64,000 bases of DNA from an uncultured virus (IMG/VR IMGVR_UViG_3300042891_001399) (lineage: Duplodnaviria; Heunggongvirae; Uroviricota; Caudoviricetes), in the IMG/VR virus record IMGVR_UViG_3300042891_001399. One strand, written 5' to 3'. A program made the translations under genes and the position numbers. Positions 1 to 9,049 of this stretch are shown in pieces (the stretch's first letter is position 1; each line of letters opens with the position of its first letter). The notes under the pieces are model-generated. The model was not told the origin of the DNA, searched no databases, and was given only the letters and a program-made list of their open reading frames with translations.

Positions 1-395
1 GTACCATCAGACCCGTTAATACCTGATGTTCCATCAATACCAGATGTACCATTCGCACCTGATGTTCCTGATGAACCTGATGTTCCATCAATACCAGATG
101 TTCCACTTGTTCCTGAAGAACCATTTAATCCTGATGTTCCACTTGTCCCGGCAGATCCTGATGGGCCGGTAGCACCTGTTAGTCCAATAATATCAGTATA
201 TCCAATACTACCATTGGAATTTAAAACAAGAAAACTATATGTTGGTGATGGCGTAACCATACTAACATTATAAATATAAACAAAGCCATCAGAACCAACA
301 ACAAAAGCCTCTGACCCATTATTATTTAGAGCTTTAAATGGAGGTAGACCTTGTTGACCCTGTACAATTAAACTGGTTTGTATCTTTTGAGACAT
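1..395 (-). CDS. Collagen-like (G-X-Y, GTS-rich) fibre protein, N-terminal part; runs off the window
   Basis: Absent from the ORF track. ATG at 395 opens MSQKIQTSLIVQG... followed by uninterrupted [27 protein letters not shown]... triplets to base 1. Confidence 0.85.
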   Translation of the reverse strand, partial: MSQKIQTSLIVQGQQGLPPFKALNNNGSEAFVVGSDGFVYIYNVSMVTPSPTYSFLVLNSNGSIGYTDIIGLTGATGPSGSAGTSGTSGLNGSSGTSGTSGIDGTSGSSGTSGANGTSGIDGTSGINGSDG

Positions 396-410
396 TTATT
401 ATTTCTTATT

Positions 411-1919
411 TTATGACATTACAACAACTCTACCATTTGAAAAAGTAGCGGTTGTCATAACATCTATAGTATTCAATGATGTTTTTCTAACAGAAGGTAT
501 AATTATATCACCTGTGATTTCATCCCAAAAGTTAAAAATTATAACACTTGTATTAAGATTATGTGTTATTGAATATGTAGCATTAGCATTAAATGATTGT
601 GTAGCAGTGTATTTACCAGCACCTTGTTGCCAAGTAGCTGAGCCATTAGAATCTGATGTTAAAACATAACCACTAACAGCACCATTAGGTATAACTAAAT
701 CATTTAATACTGAGAAAGTTGCTGAAGATACTGTAACTTGTTCACCATCATCATAAATTGATGATGTTGCAGTTAACATATATGATGTTTTCCATCTTGG
801 AACATAGTTAGGTTGACCTAAACCATCTATTTCAGCAAAATAAATATTTGAATAAGTACCATAGTTATTAAAATTACCACCTACAGTTAAAGAACCATTA
901 GCAACAACAACATGTCCATAGTTATCTACAGTACCTTCAATGTCCATATTACCATAAATCCAATATTGAGTATAAGGAGGAACAGTTACTGTTTCCGAAT
1001 TATCTATATAATACTTATTACTTAAACCTCCTCCACCACCACCTGATGATGGATTTAATAATTCAAAATTAACTCCATCATAAGTAACTAAATACTGATA
1101 GTTTGTTGTTAATTCACCAGTTATAATATTAGTTAATGAGGCACCATCGGTTTTCTTCAAAGGTTTATGAGCCAATCCATTAATACTTAAAGAAGCACTA
1201 GAGCCAGTGTTTGACGTATCAAACTTAACAATGTATAATGTTTCTTGATCATAAGCATTAAAATAAGGACTACTAACAGCTGAATAACTCCAACCATTTG
1301 AAGAAGTAGCTGATAAATATCTTACTTGACTTTCTTTTTCTTTTTGCCAATCACCGGTTGGATAATCACCTTCATATCTATAAATAGCATTATCTTCATC
1401 ATCAACTCTAACAGACATACCATCTAAAGGAGTTGTGTAATTCCAGTTACTTAAAGATGAGCTCCATTGAGCTACAAAACCAGCAGCAACTTGTGTTGAC
1501 CAATTTGTACCAGATAAAGAATCTGAGTACTTTCTACCAGCTAAATATCTATCTCCATCATTTGGTGAAGTTGGTTCAGTAGTTAAAACAGTTAAAACAG
1601 AGTTCAACCATTCTCCACCACCAGCGCCACCAGCACCACTAAATTCTTTCCAGTTTAAGTTATCAGTTAATGTTGTAGAATTATAAGCATACGTCAATTG
1701 GTATGTTTTATTATCAGCAACAACATAACATAGCATACCCCAATCTCTTCTTTCAACAATCAAAGCATTTCTTTCAGTTGTTGTTTGATATGTATGAAGT
1801 GATCCTTTAACCTCGTTAGAGAATACAGTTGCGATTGTTTGTAATGGATCAGCCGGTCTAATAGGAGACGCTACTATCGTTCCTGAATATCCACCATTGC
1901 TATTTGTTCCGTATGCCAT
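411..1919 (-). CDS. Virion fibre/decoration protein with DUF2793-like domain
   Basis: PTSPNDGDRYL...W...WNYTTPLDGMSVRVDDE resembles DUF2793. Gly linkers, C-terminal ITHNLNT fibre motif, co-oriented with the collagen gene. Confidence 0.6.
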   Translation of the reverse strand: MAYGTNSNGGYSGTIVASPIRPADPLQTIATVFSNEVKGSLHTYQTTTERNALIVERRDWGMLCYVVADNKTYQLTYAYNSTTLTDNLNWKEFSGAGGAGGGEWLNSVLTVLTTEPTSPNDGDRYLAGRKYSDSLSGTNWSTQVAAGFVAQWSSSLSNWNYTTPLDGMSVRVDDEDNAIYRYEGDYPTGDWQKEKESQVRYLSATSSNGWSYSAVSSPYFNAYDQETLYIVKFDTSNTGSSASLSINGLAHKPLKKTDGASLTNIITGELTTNYQYLVTYDGVNFELLNPSSGGGGGGLSNKYYIDNSETVTVPPYTQYWIYGNMDIEGTVDNYGHVVVANGSLTVGGNFNNYGTYSNIYFAEIDGLGQPNYVPRWKTSYMLTATSSIYDDGEQVTVSSATFSVLNDLVIPNGAVSGYVLTSDSNGSATWQQGAGKYTATQSFNANATYSITHNLNTSVIIFNFWDEITGDIIIPSVRKTSLNTIDVMTTATFSNGRVVVMS

Positions 1920-1938
1920 TTTTTTATATTAATTATTT

Positions 1939-2892
1939 TTATGATATCACATATGTAAAAGTATTTGGTGCTTGAGTATTACCAAATACCCAAACATCAT
2001 AATTTGTTCCACTATAGCCATTTTGATTAGTAAACTGAACATTACTTCTTGTTTTAATCCAGTTGTTATTACCAAATCCACCAATTGAAACTCGTGGAGG
2101 GTTTGTAGAAAGATCAACAGAACTATTATGTGGAAATATAAATACCACATAATCAAAGTTTGTCGTTATTGTTCTTGTTTGTGCATAAGCACCACCTAAT
2201 TCATTACTTAATGGTGATAAATTAGCATGTGTAAAAGGTAAACTTGACACAGTTGTCAAAGCATGACCAACTGGTAATGTACCCCAATATCTTCTATTAT
2301 CCCAAGTTGCGTTTGTGGTTACAGTAACTGTACTTGAACCGTTTGGTATATCTGAAACTGTCATATTAAATGGTGTATTAACGTTTTGTGTAGCAGTAGC
2401 TGATTGAGTACCTGTTTGACTATTACCAGTAGCAACAACTGGTGTACCATCAACAAAAATAGTTGTGATAGATTCACTTTTTTTAGTAACTGACCAACTT
2501 AATATTAAGGCATTACTAGCACCATATTCTCTGTAAAATCCACCACTTAAAGAAGCAACAGGAGCAATATAAGGATAAAGTAAGGCATCCCACATTTGCT
2601 TCATTGTTCTATTAGAAAAAGTGGTACCTGCTGGTATACCACCTACTGTATTTGGTGTAGCTAAAGGATTAGAATAGATAACAGAAGCTGAAGCCGATTG
2701 ACTAGCAGTAATTTCTACTTTAGAAATTCTCTCCCATAAAGTATAAACAGAATCTCTTACATCCTTAGCTTGTATTAAATTAGCCGTATTATCCGGCATT
2801 TTATATAAAAGCTCTTGTATTGTAGAATACTCGTTAGCTGAAGAACTTCCACCAGTTGGAGCAGGTGGTCCTGAGAATGTTCCTATTATCAT
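1939..2892 (-). CDS. Putative virion structural protein (Thr/Ser-rich, beta-rich)
   Basis: 317 aa ORF at the head of the fibre operon, with TAATATATA upstream (2913-2921). Confidence 0.55.
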   Translation of the reverse strand: MIIGTFSGPPAPTGGSSSANEYSTIQELLYKMPDNTANLIQAKDVRDSVYTLWERISKVEITASQSASASVIYSNPLATPNTVGGIPAGTTFSNRTMKQMWDALLYPYIAPVASLSGGFYREYGASNALILSWSVTKKSESITTIFVDGTPVVATGNSQTGTQSATATQNVNTPFNMTVSDIPNGSSTVTVTTNATWDNRRYWGTLPVGHALTTVSSLPFTHANLSPLSNELGGAYAQTRTITTNFDYVVFIFPHNSSVDLSTNPPRVSIGGFGNNNWIKTRSNVQFTNQNGYSGTNYDVWVFGNTQAPNTFTYVIS

Positions 2893-2938
2893 TTAAATCT
2901 ATCTATTTTTCTTATATATTAAATTCATTAAATCTTTA

Positions 2939-2970
2939 TTTGATATTTAGAGAAAATATATCTACCTTTG
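2939..2970 (+). promoter_or_regulatory. Bacteroidetes primary-sigma promoter (-33 TTTG, -7 TAnnTTTG)
   Basis: TTTG 2939-2942, 20 nt spacer, TACCTTTG 2963-2970, ATG at 2988. Confidence 0.7.
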
Positions 2971-2987
2971 TGTTTATTAATTTAAAT

Positions 2988-4175
2988 ATGAAAGACCAAC
3001 TACTTAAACTTATTGAGGAAAAATCTCCAGGATCAAAGCCACTATATCTTGTTATCCGTGGTTCTCATGCCTATGGAACAAATATTGAAACTTCTGATAC
3101 TGATTATTCTGGTATTTTTATTCAATCTATGGATGATATTTTAGGAAATAAATATATTGAGCAAATCAATGATGATAAAAATGATACTGTAATTTATGAA
3201 GTTCGTAGATTTTTAGAACTACTAGGAACTAATAATCCAACCGTTCTTGAACTACTTAATACTCCTGAAGATTGTGTTATTTATAAAGATCCTGTTTTTG
3301 ATTTAGTTTTAAATGATAAAGAAAAATTTATTACTAAAATTTGTGCTAAGTCTTTAGGTGGTTATGCTAAACAACAAATTTCTAAAGCAAAAGGTCAAAA
3401 TAAAAAACAAAACTGGGAAAAAGATAAAGTAACTCGTAAAGAAGTACTTGACTTTGTTTATGTTATTGAAGGTGAAAAATCTATTCCTTGGAAAGTTTGG
3501 AATGAAAATTTTAAATATGATGAAAAATTCATTGGTGTTGTAAATGTTCCGAATGCTAGAGATATTTATGCTGTCTACTTTGATGAAGTTGCTAACATGT
3601 GTTTTAGTGAATCAGTTCCTGAAGGTGTAAGAGAGTCTGCAAAATATCTAAGAAAAGAATCAGAACTATCAATGGGGTTTGGTTACAAAGGTTTAGTTAA
3701 AACTGGAGAAGGTGTTAACTCAGCTGAATCCAATCAACTAAGATTATCTTCTATTCCAAAAGGTGAAGAGCCTATCTGTGTTGTTACTTATAACAAAGAT
3801 GGTTATACTCAACATTGTAATGATTATAAGTCTTATCAAACTTGGTTAGAACAAAGAAATGAGGCTCGTTGGGTTGATGTTCAATCACACGGTCAAAAAA
3901 TTGATGGTAAAAATATGATGCACTGTATGAGACTTATTCAAATGTCTCGTGAGATTGCTGAAGGTAAAGGTATTGTTGTTCGTAGACCAAATGCTAAAGA
4001 ACTTATTTCTATTAGAAAAGGTGAAATTGATCTTCAAACTTTAATTGATAAAGTTGAGAAAGAAATTATAGAAATTGATAAACTTTTTGAAGAATCTAAC
4101 CTACCAGATAGTATAAATGCTGAATTTATTAACAATTTAATAGTAAAAATTAGAAAACAAATATATAAACTATGA
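2988..4175 (+). CDS. RlaP-like (Pol-beta superfamily) nucleotidyltransferase
   Basis: GSHAYGTNIETSDTDY motif, NPTVLELL, C-terminal DGKNMMHCMRL...IRKGE. Start moved to ATG 2988. Confidence 0.8.
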   Translation: MKDQLLKLIEEKSPGSKPLYLVIRGSHAYGTNIETSDTDYSGIFIQSMDDILGNKYIEQINDDKNDTVIYEVRRFLELLGTNNPTVLELLNTPEDCVIYKDPVFDLVLNDKEKFITKICAKSLGGYAKQQISKAKGQNKKQNWEKDKVTRKEVLDFVYVIEGEKSIPWKVWNENFKYDEKFIGVVNVPNARDIYAVYFDEVANMCFSESVPEGVRESAKYLRKESELSMGFGYKGLVKTGEGVNSAESNQLRLSSIPKGEEPICVVTYNKDGYTQHCNDYKSYQTWLEQRNEARWVDVQSHGQKIDGKNMMHCMRLIQMSREIAEGKGIVVRRPNAKELISIRKGEIDLQTLIDKVEKEIIEIDKLFEESNLPDSINAEFINNLIVKIRKQIYKL

Positions 4176-4807
4176 TATTTAATTACTTATTAATTCTTTT
4201 TGTTGGTGTTTTTTTAGGCGGTTTGTTAAAAAACTGGTCAAACAAGCTTTCAGAAAAAATAGAAAACAATAAATTAATTTTAGACAGAAATAATCAATAT
4301 AAACAATTATTAGAAAAGGTCAATACAAAAAGATCAAGATTCAAAACAAGAATAAATAACACTGTTTATATTGGAGTTAAGTTAAATGACTTTGGTAGAG
4401 TAGATGTTGTTTTCTTTTTAGATAAAAAAGATGTTGTTATTTTTAAGAACGAAAAGTGTATTATGACATCTGATTTAGTTGATGAAAATTTACTAAATCA
4501 ATTAATGGATGCAATTTATAGAGTTCATTGTCATAGAATTGAAGATGTTGTTCAAATTTTAGGTTTAACATTCTCAAGAGAAGACTTTGAAAGATCATTT
4601 GGAATAAGTGTACAAGAATTAGAAAAAAGAACCGAAGCATTGATGAAGTCAATGAATGGTGAACAATCGGATATTGATAAAATCATTAATAAAAACAGTA
4701 GAAAATTAGACATAAATGAAATCCTTGATAGAATTAATGAAGTTGGTATTGATAATTTAACAGTTGAAGAAAAAGAATTCTTGAAAAATTACAATAAAAA
4801 TGATTAA
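4172..4807 (+). CDS. Membrane-anchored protein with C-terminal DUF6576-like helix pair
   Basis: N-terminal hydrophobic helix, C-terminal INEILDRINEVGIDNLTVEEKEFL. Confidence 0.6.
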   Translation: MIFNYLLILFVGVFLGGLLKNWSNKLSEKIENNKLILDRNNQYKQLLEKVNTKRSRFKTRINNTVYIGVKLNDFGRVDVVFFLDKKDVVIFKNEKCIMTSDLVDENLLNQLMDAIYRVHCHRIEDVVQILGLTFSREDFERSFGISVQELEKRTEALMKSMNGEQSDIDKIINKNSRKLDINEILDRINEVGIDNLTVEEKEFLKNYNKND

Positions 4808-5015
4808 ACTGAGAACTAAAGAATCGTTAATGAGAGAAGTTTTTGAAAGAGTCTCTGAAAATAAACCTTTTGACAAAAATCTAAAACCTTATAAGGAAGA
4901 TTTACTAAAAAAAACTCTTGATCACTTTGAAGAAAAAGAAGATTATGAGAAATGTCAAGTAATATCTAATTTTCTAAATAAAAGATTCAATCACATTACA
5001 AATTATTTAAAATAA
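4800..5015 (+). CDS. Small protein with UVR-like motif
   Basis: EEKEDYEKCQVISNFL resembles UVR coiled-coil motifs. Overlaps the upstream stop and is followed by a terminator. Confidence 0.5.
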   Translation: MIKLRTKESLMREVFERVSENKPFDKNLKPYKEDLLKKTLDHFEEKEDYEKCQVISNFLNKRFNHITNYLK

Positions 5016-5043
5016 AAAAGGGAAGTTAATCTTCCCTTTTTTT
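5014..5043. terminator. Bidirectional intrinsic terminator
   Basis: A6-GGGAAG-TTAAT-CTTCCC-T7 between convergent genes. Confidence 0.8.
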
Positions 5044-5060
5044 GATATCTTATTTTAAGA

Positions 5061-5897
5061 TTATTTTAATAAATCATAATACTCATTGAAATGCTTGATA
5101 CGATCAGCTAAACCGATGGTACCACCATTTACTCTTTTTGTAACCGCAGTTACAGTAGCAGTGTCAGAACCTTTATCACAAATTGACCATAATTTATTTG
5201 AATCAAAGAAAAAAGCAGCAGAAGCTAATGGGTATTTAGTTGCTACTAAATCAGGATTGTTAACACAATCTTCACCAATAAATTTAGTTAAAGCTGTATA
5301 GTTTGATTTACCAGTTAATTGAATATAACCTCTACCTCTAAATTTATAACCATCTTTAGAAGACTCATCACCATTACCCATTCTACCACCATAAACTCTT
5401 GAAGCAATCATTTCTGGTTTTCTTTCATATTGAGCCGCTGTTGTAGCGTTGAAGTATTTACCGAATGTTCCAACTAAGCCTTTTGCTGAGTAATTTAAGT
5501 TTTCAGAAACTGCTTTGAAACCTCCACTTTCGTGACCGCATTGAGCCAAGAAGTGAGCTAATCTTAATGGGTTAGTAATATTGAATTTTGCTGCTGTATC
5601 TGGTATTTGAGCAATAACTGAATCCGGAACGTGTCCTTTTAATTTTTCTAGTTTAAAACTACTTGGGGGAATAACAACATTAGAAACAGGAGCCGCTACA
5701 ACTGGTGCTGGAGCACCACCGAACATTTTACTCCAAGTACCGTCTCCTACAAGACCATCAGCTGTTAATCCGTTAGCTGTTTGCCAAGCTTTAACTGCTT
5801 TTTCTGTACCAGGTCCGAAAGAACCATCTGCTGCTAAACCTAATTTTTCTTGAAGTTGTTTCACTTCATTTCCTTTAGATCCTACTTTTAGTAACAT
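5061..5897 (-). CDS. Endolysin: PG_binding_1 domain plus GH19 lysozyme/chitinase-like domain
   Basis: DGSFGPGTEKAVKAWQ...DGLVG, AHFLAQCGHESGGF, FRGRGYIQLTG, VNGGTIGLADR. Confidence 0.9.
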   Translation of the reverse strand: MLLKVGSKGNEVKQLQEKLGLAADGSFGPGTEKAVKAWQTANGLTADGLVGDGTWSKMFGGAPAPVVAAPVSNVVIPPSSFKLEKLKGHVPDSVIAQIPDTAAKFNITNPLRLAHFLAQCGHESGGFKAVSENLNYSAKGLVGTFGKYFNATTAAQYERKPEMIASRVYGGRMGNGDESSKDGYKFRGRGYIQLTGKSNYTALTKFIGEDCVNNPDLVATKYPLASAAFFFDSNKLWSICDKGSDTATVTAVTKRVNGGTIGLADRIKHFNEYYDLLK

Positions 5898-5992
5898 ATA
5901 TTTTATTTTATTTTGATTTATATATTACAATGAGGAATTAAAAAAAATACATTCAGATTTATTATAGTAATATATAATAGTGTTAAGAGATT

Positions 5993-6009
5993 ATCATGAT
6001 GTTACATGA
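5993..6009. repeat. 17-nt dyad element ATCATGATGTTACATGA, copy 1
   Basis: Identical intergenic copy at 62749-62765; TCATG-N6-CATGA inverted repeat. Confidence 0.7.
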
Positions 6010-6010
6010 T

Positions 6011-6715
6011 TTAAATAATACAGATGAAATTAGATGTCTCTGACTTTTGATATTCACCGCCTAATAAGTCACAAATTGTTTTAATTAAAAACTCTTCAGT
6101 AAAAAAACTAAGCATTTTACTTTCAAAAGCATCTCTTTTAACTAAGTCAGATAATTCTATTGAGATATTTTCAGTTAAAGTAATTTTAGACTTAGATAAC
6201 TCAGAATATAAATGATCAACTATATTATTTTCAATTACATCTAATTCTTCTTTAGAATAAATAACAACCTCAACATCGTGATTATTCCAATCATTAATTT
6301 TGAAGATGTGTTTATCAGCATCAATAATATCAATATCACCTAAGTTAGTATCAAAATGATCAGCCAAAACTTTTTCCATATTTTGAGTTGCTTTTTCAAT
6401 ACCTTTATAAAGACACTGTTTCATAGAATGAATTTTGAATTCTTCAGACTCAAACATTTTGAATGATTCAAATGTAATAACACCGTCTTGTTCCATACTA
6501 TCTCTATCTTCTATTATATCTTTTAATATAACAGCAGCACCTTTAATATCTTTAAGTTTATTTCTTTCTAAGAATTTATTAAACCTTTCAGAACCTGGTT
6601 GTAAGAATCTTTTAAGGTTAGAAGGTCTAACTTTCCACTTATCTATATAATCATCTACCAAACCATTAATTACTTGGTAGTATCTATTAGCATCTTCTCT
6701 ATTGTTAATTGACAT
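6011..6715 (-). CDS. Hypothetical protein with an internal leader-like motif (ITFESFKMFES)
   Basis: 234 aa ORF, co-oriented with 6720-6938. Confidence 0.7.
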   Translation of the reverse strand: MSINNREDANRYYQVINGLVDDYIDKWKVRPSNLKRFLQPGSERFNKFLERNKLKDIKGAAVILKDIIEDRDSMEQDGVITFESFKMFESEEFKIHSMKQCLYKGIEKATQNMEKVLADHFDTNLGDIDIIDADKHIFKINDWNNHDVEVVIYSKEELDVIENNIVDHLYSELSKSKITLTENISIELSDLVKRDAFESKMLSFFTEEFLIKTICDLLGGEYQKSETSNFICII

Positions 6716-6719
6716 ATTA

Positions 6720-6938
6720 TTAATTATTTTCCAATCTCATTTTATTTAATTCATTCCACTCTTCTTCGTGTAATTCTTCTATTTCATTAGAATCACAGAA
6801 TTTACAACAATCACATTCATTATCTGATTTCCAGATGTTATCACACTCATCACAAGAGTAATGAGAACAATTTTCATTTTGTAAATTATCTTCAGATTGA
6901 TTTAAATCAAAGCTTTCAAATTTCTGTATATGTTTCAT
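6720..6938 (-). CDS. Small Zn-ribbon protein with capsid-targeting-like leader
   Basis: MKHIQKFESF, CDEC...CKFC, TAATATATA at 6962-6970. Confidence 0.7.
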   Translation of the reverse strand: MKHIQKFESFDLNQSEDNLQNENCSHYSCDECDNIWKSDNECDCCKFCDSNEIEELHEEEWNELNKMRLENN

Positions 6939-7082
6939 AAATTTTTAAGTATTTTGTATTGTATATATTAAAAAAATATTTTACTAATTTATTGTATAAT
7001 TTAAAACAAACATGTATATTTGTAATATATAATATCTGAAACAAACACAAACAATTTACAAAACAAAAAACAAAAAACAATT

Positions 7083-7268
7083 ATGAAAAAAATCACGTTC
7101 ATGCTTTTAGCATCAGCAACAATTTTCTTAGCTTCATGTGGTAACGGAGCAGAAAAAACAGAAACAACAACTACAGATTCAACAGCAGTATGCTGTGATT
7201 CAACAGCTGCAACAACTGATACAGCAGCTACAACTGCAACAGTTGATACAACAACTGCTGTTAAGTAA
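7083..7268 (+). CDS. Small Thr/Ala-rich lipoprotein
   Basis: MKK + hydrophobic helix + LASC lipobox. Promoter motifs at 6991-7033, terminator downstream. Confidence 0.75.
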   Translation: MKKITFMLLASATIFLASCGNGAEKTETTTTDSTAVCCDSTAATTDTAATTATVDTTTAVK

Positions 7269-7289
7269 GTATAGAATACTTTAGAGTAG

Positions 7290-7313
7290 GAGAGACTTTT
7301 AGTCTCTCTTTTT
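7290..7313 (+). terminator. Intrinsic terminator
   Basis: GAGAGACT-TTT-AGTCTCTC-T5. Confidence 0.7.
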
Positions 7314-7349
7314 GTTTTAAACAATTTCATAATTAATAATAGAATTTAT

Positions 7350-8069
7350 ATGAGAATACAATGTCAAGATAACCTAGAGTTTATGAAATCAATAGAGAAC
7401 AATTCTGTTAATCTTATATACTGTGATATTCTATACGGCACAGGTCGTAAATTTTCTGATTATCAAGACTTAAAACCAATCAAATCAGATATAGAAGAAC
7501 ATTATATTCCTCGTCTAAAAGAAATGTATCGTATATTAAAAGATACTGGTACAATTTATCTACAAATGGACACTAAAATCAATCATTGGATTCGTTGTAT
7601 TATGGATGATATCTTTGGATATGATAATATGAGAAATGAAATCATTTGGTTTTATAATACATCACCTAGAAAGAAATCAGACTTTGGTAAAAGACATGAT
7701 ATAATCTATCGTTATTCAAAAACAGATAATTATAAATTTAATCCCGTTAGAGAACCTTATTCTTTATCAGCACCAAGAGGCTATGAAAAGGAAAAGTATT
7801 ATCATCCAGAAGGTAAAGTCATCGGTGATGTTTGGCAAATGAATATTCTTGGACAAAATGATAAAAAAGAAAGAGTTGGTTATGATACACAGAAACCAAA
7901 ATCTTTAATTGAAAGAATTATTAAATCGTCTTCGGATGAGGGAGATTTAGTAGCTGATTTTTACCTTGGTAGTGGTACAACCGCTGTTGTTTGTAAAGAG
8001 TTGAATAGAAATTTTATTGGCTGTGATATAAATCCCAATGCCATTGAAATAACTAAGTCAAGATTGTAA
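7350..8069 (+). CDS. Beta-class N6A/N4C DNA methyltransferase with atypical motif IV (DILY)
   Basis: LIYCDILYG at the DPPY position, NEIIW, TQKP, DFYLGSGTT SAM-binding motif. Confidence 0.85.
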   Translation: MRIQCQDNLEFMKSIENNSVNLIYCDILYGTGRKFSDYQDLKPIKSDIEEHYIPRLKEMYRILKDTGTIYLQMDTKINHWIRCIMDDIFGYDNMRNEIIWFYNTSPRKKSDFGKRHDIIYRYSKTDNYKFNPVREPYSLSAPRGYEKEKYYHPEGKVIGDVWQMNILGQNDKKERVGYDTQKPKSLIERIIKSSSDEGDLVADFYLGSGTTAVVCKELNRNFIGCDINPNAIEITKSRL

Positions 8070-8099
8070 ATTAGACAACGGCAAATTAATATATAAGAT

Positions 8100-9002
8100 A
8101 TGAATTTGTCTGAATTAAAAGATTACTATAATAAAAAGCCTGTTGAGTTTGTTATTCGTGAAAACTATGAACTGGTTGAGGATAGAGAGTATGTATCTAA
8201 ATTTACTTTAAAGAATGTTAAAGATATTGCTAACATTCCAATCAACGAACCTATTAAGTATTCAGACCAAACAATGATTAAAGCCATTAAATATGGTATG
8301 ATTTTTCTTATTAACTATAAAGGTGAAGAAGATAATCACTTTGCTGGTCATGAAAGAGCAATTTATCCAATGGTTTTAGGTCGTTCTTCAAAAGGTAAAG
8401 TACTTTTAAGAGCTTGGCACTTAAATGGTTGGTCTGTATCACAAAAAAGACATACTGAAAAAATCTGGCGTTTATTTAGAACTGATAGAATTCTTTCTAT
8501 GACATTCACAGGTTCATTTTATAGATTAGCTCCAGTTGGTTATAATATGAATGATAAAGGTATGAGAGGTGGTATCATCACCAAAGCCGATTTTAATGAA
8601 ATTAGAAGAAATCAACAAAAGTTAGTAGCTCAGAACACAATTCAAAACAGAGAAGAAGTCACTTTAGGTGATGAAGAAAGAAAATCTGTTACAATTAGAA
8701 CAAAAAGTACAGATTCTGTTCTAGACTTAAATAATCCATTAGAGAATGCTTATGTCAATAACATAAAGGATATAGCAACCGCTAAAGTATCGTTCTTAAA
8801 AAGTATCTATGGTAACAAATACATAGCAGTTTTAGGCGCACTTGGTCAACCAGGAAACACAGTTAAAGTTTTAGATGATAAAGGTATTAATATCGGTGTT
8901 TATAAAGTATTAGATTCCACAACTGGTCAAGTTCTAAAAAATATTAAAAAAGTTAAAGGTAATGCTATTTACGACCTTTATTTATTTGATAAGAAAATCT
9001 AA
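8100..9002 (+). CDS. WYL-like domain protein
   Basis: ERAIYPMVLG...LLRAW...WRLFRTDRILS matches the WYL pattern. Confidence 0.6.
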   Translation: MNLSELKDYYNKKPVEFVIRENYELVEDREYVSKFTLKNVKDIANIPINEPIKYSDQTMIKAIKYGMIFLINYKGEEDNHFAGHERAIYPMVLGRSSKGKVLLRAWHLNGWSVSQKRHTEKIWRLFRTDRILSMTFTGSFYRLAPVGYNMNDKGMRGGIITKADFNEIRRNQQKLVAQNTIQNREEVTLGDEERKSVTIRTKSTDSVLDLNNPLENAYVNNIKDIATAKVSFLKSIYGNKYIAVLGALGQPGNTVKVLDDKGINIGVYKVLDSTTGQVLKNIKKVKGNAIYDLYLFDKKI

Positions 9003-9049
9003 TATTTTGGTTTAATATTTTAATATATAAATCAAACCTATATTAATTT

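Noticed and set aside
2856..2987. 44-aa N-terminal extension of the nucleotidyltransferase in the ORF track
   Set aside because: It overlaps the divergent gene and both promoters; ATG 2988 fits better
5993..6009. 17-nt dyad as a XerCD dif site
   Set aside because: Only a loose resemblance to the XerD arm (TTATGTTAAAT), with no 11-6-11 architecture
7350..9002. Methyltransferase plus neighbour as a restriction-modification pair
   Set aside because: The neighbour looks WYL-like rather than a nuclease and has its own promoter of a different class
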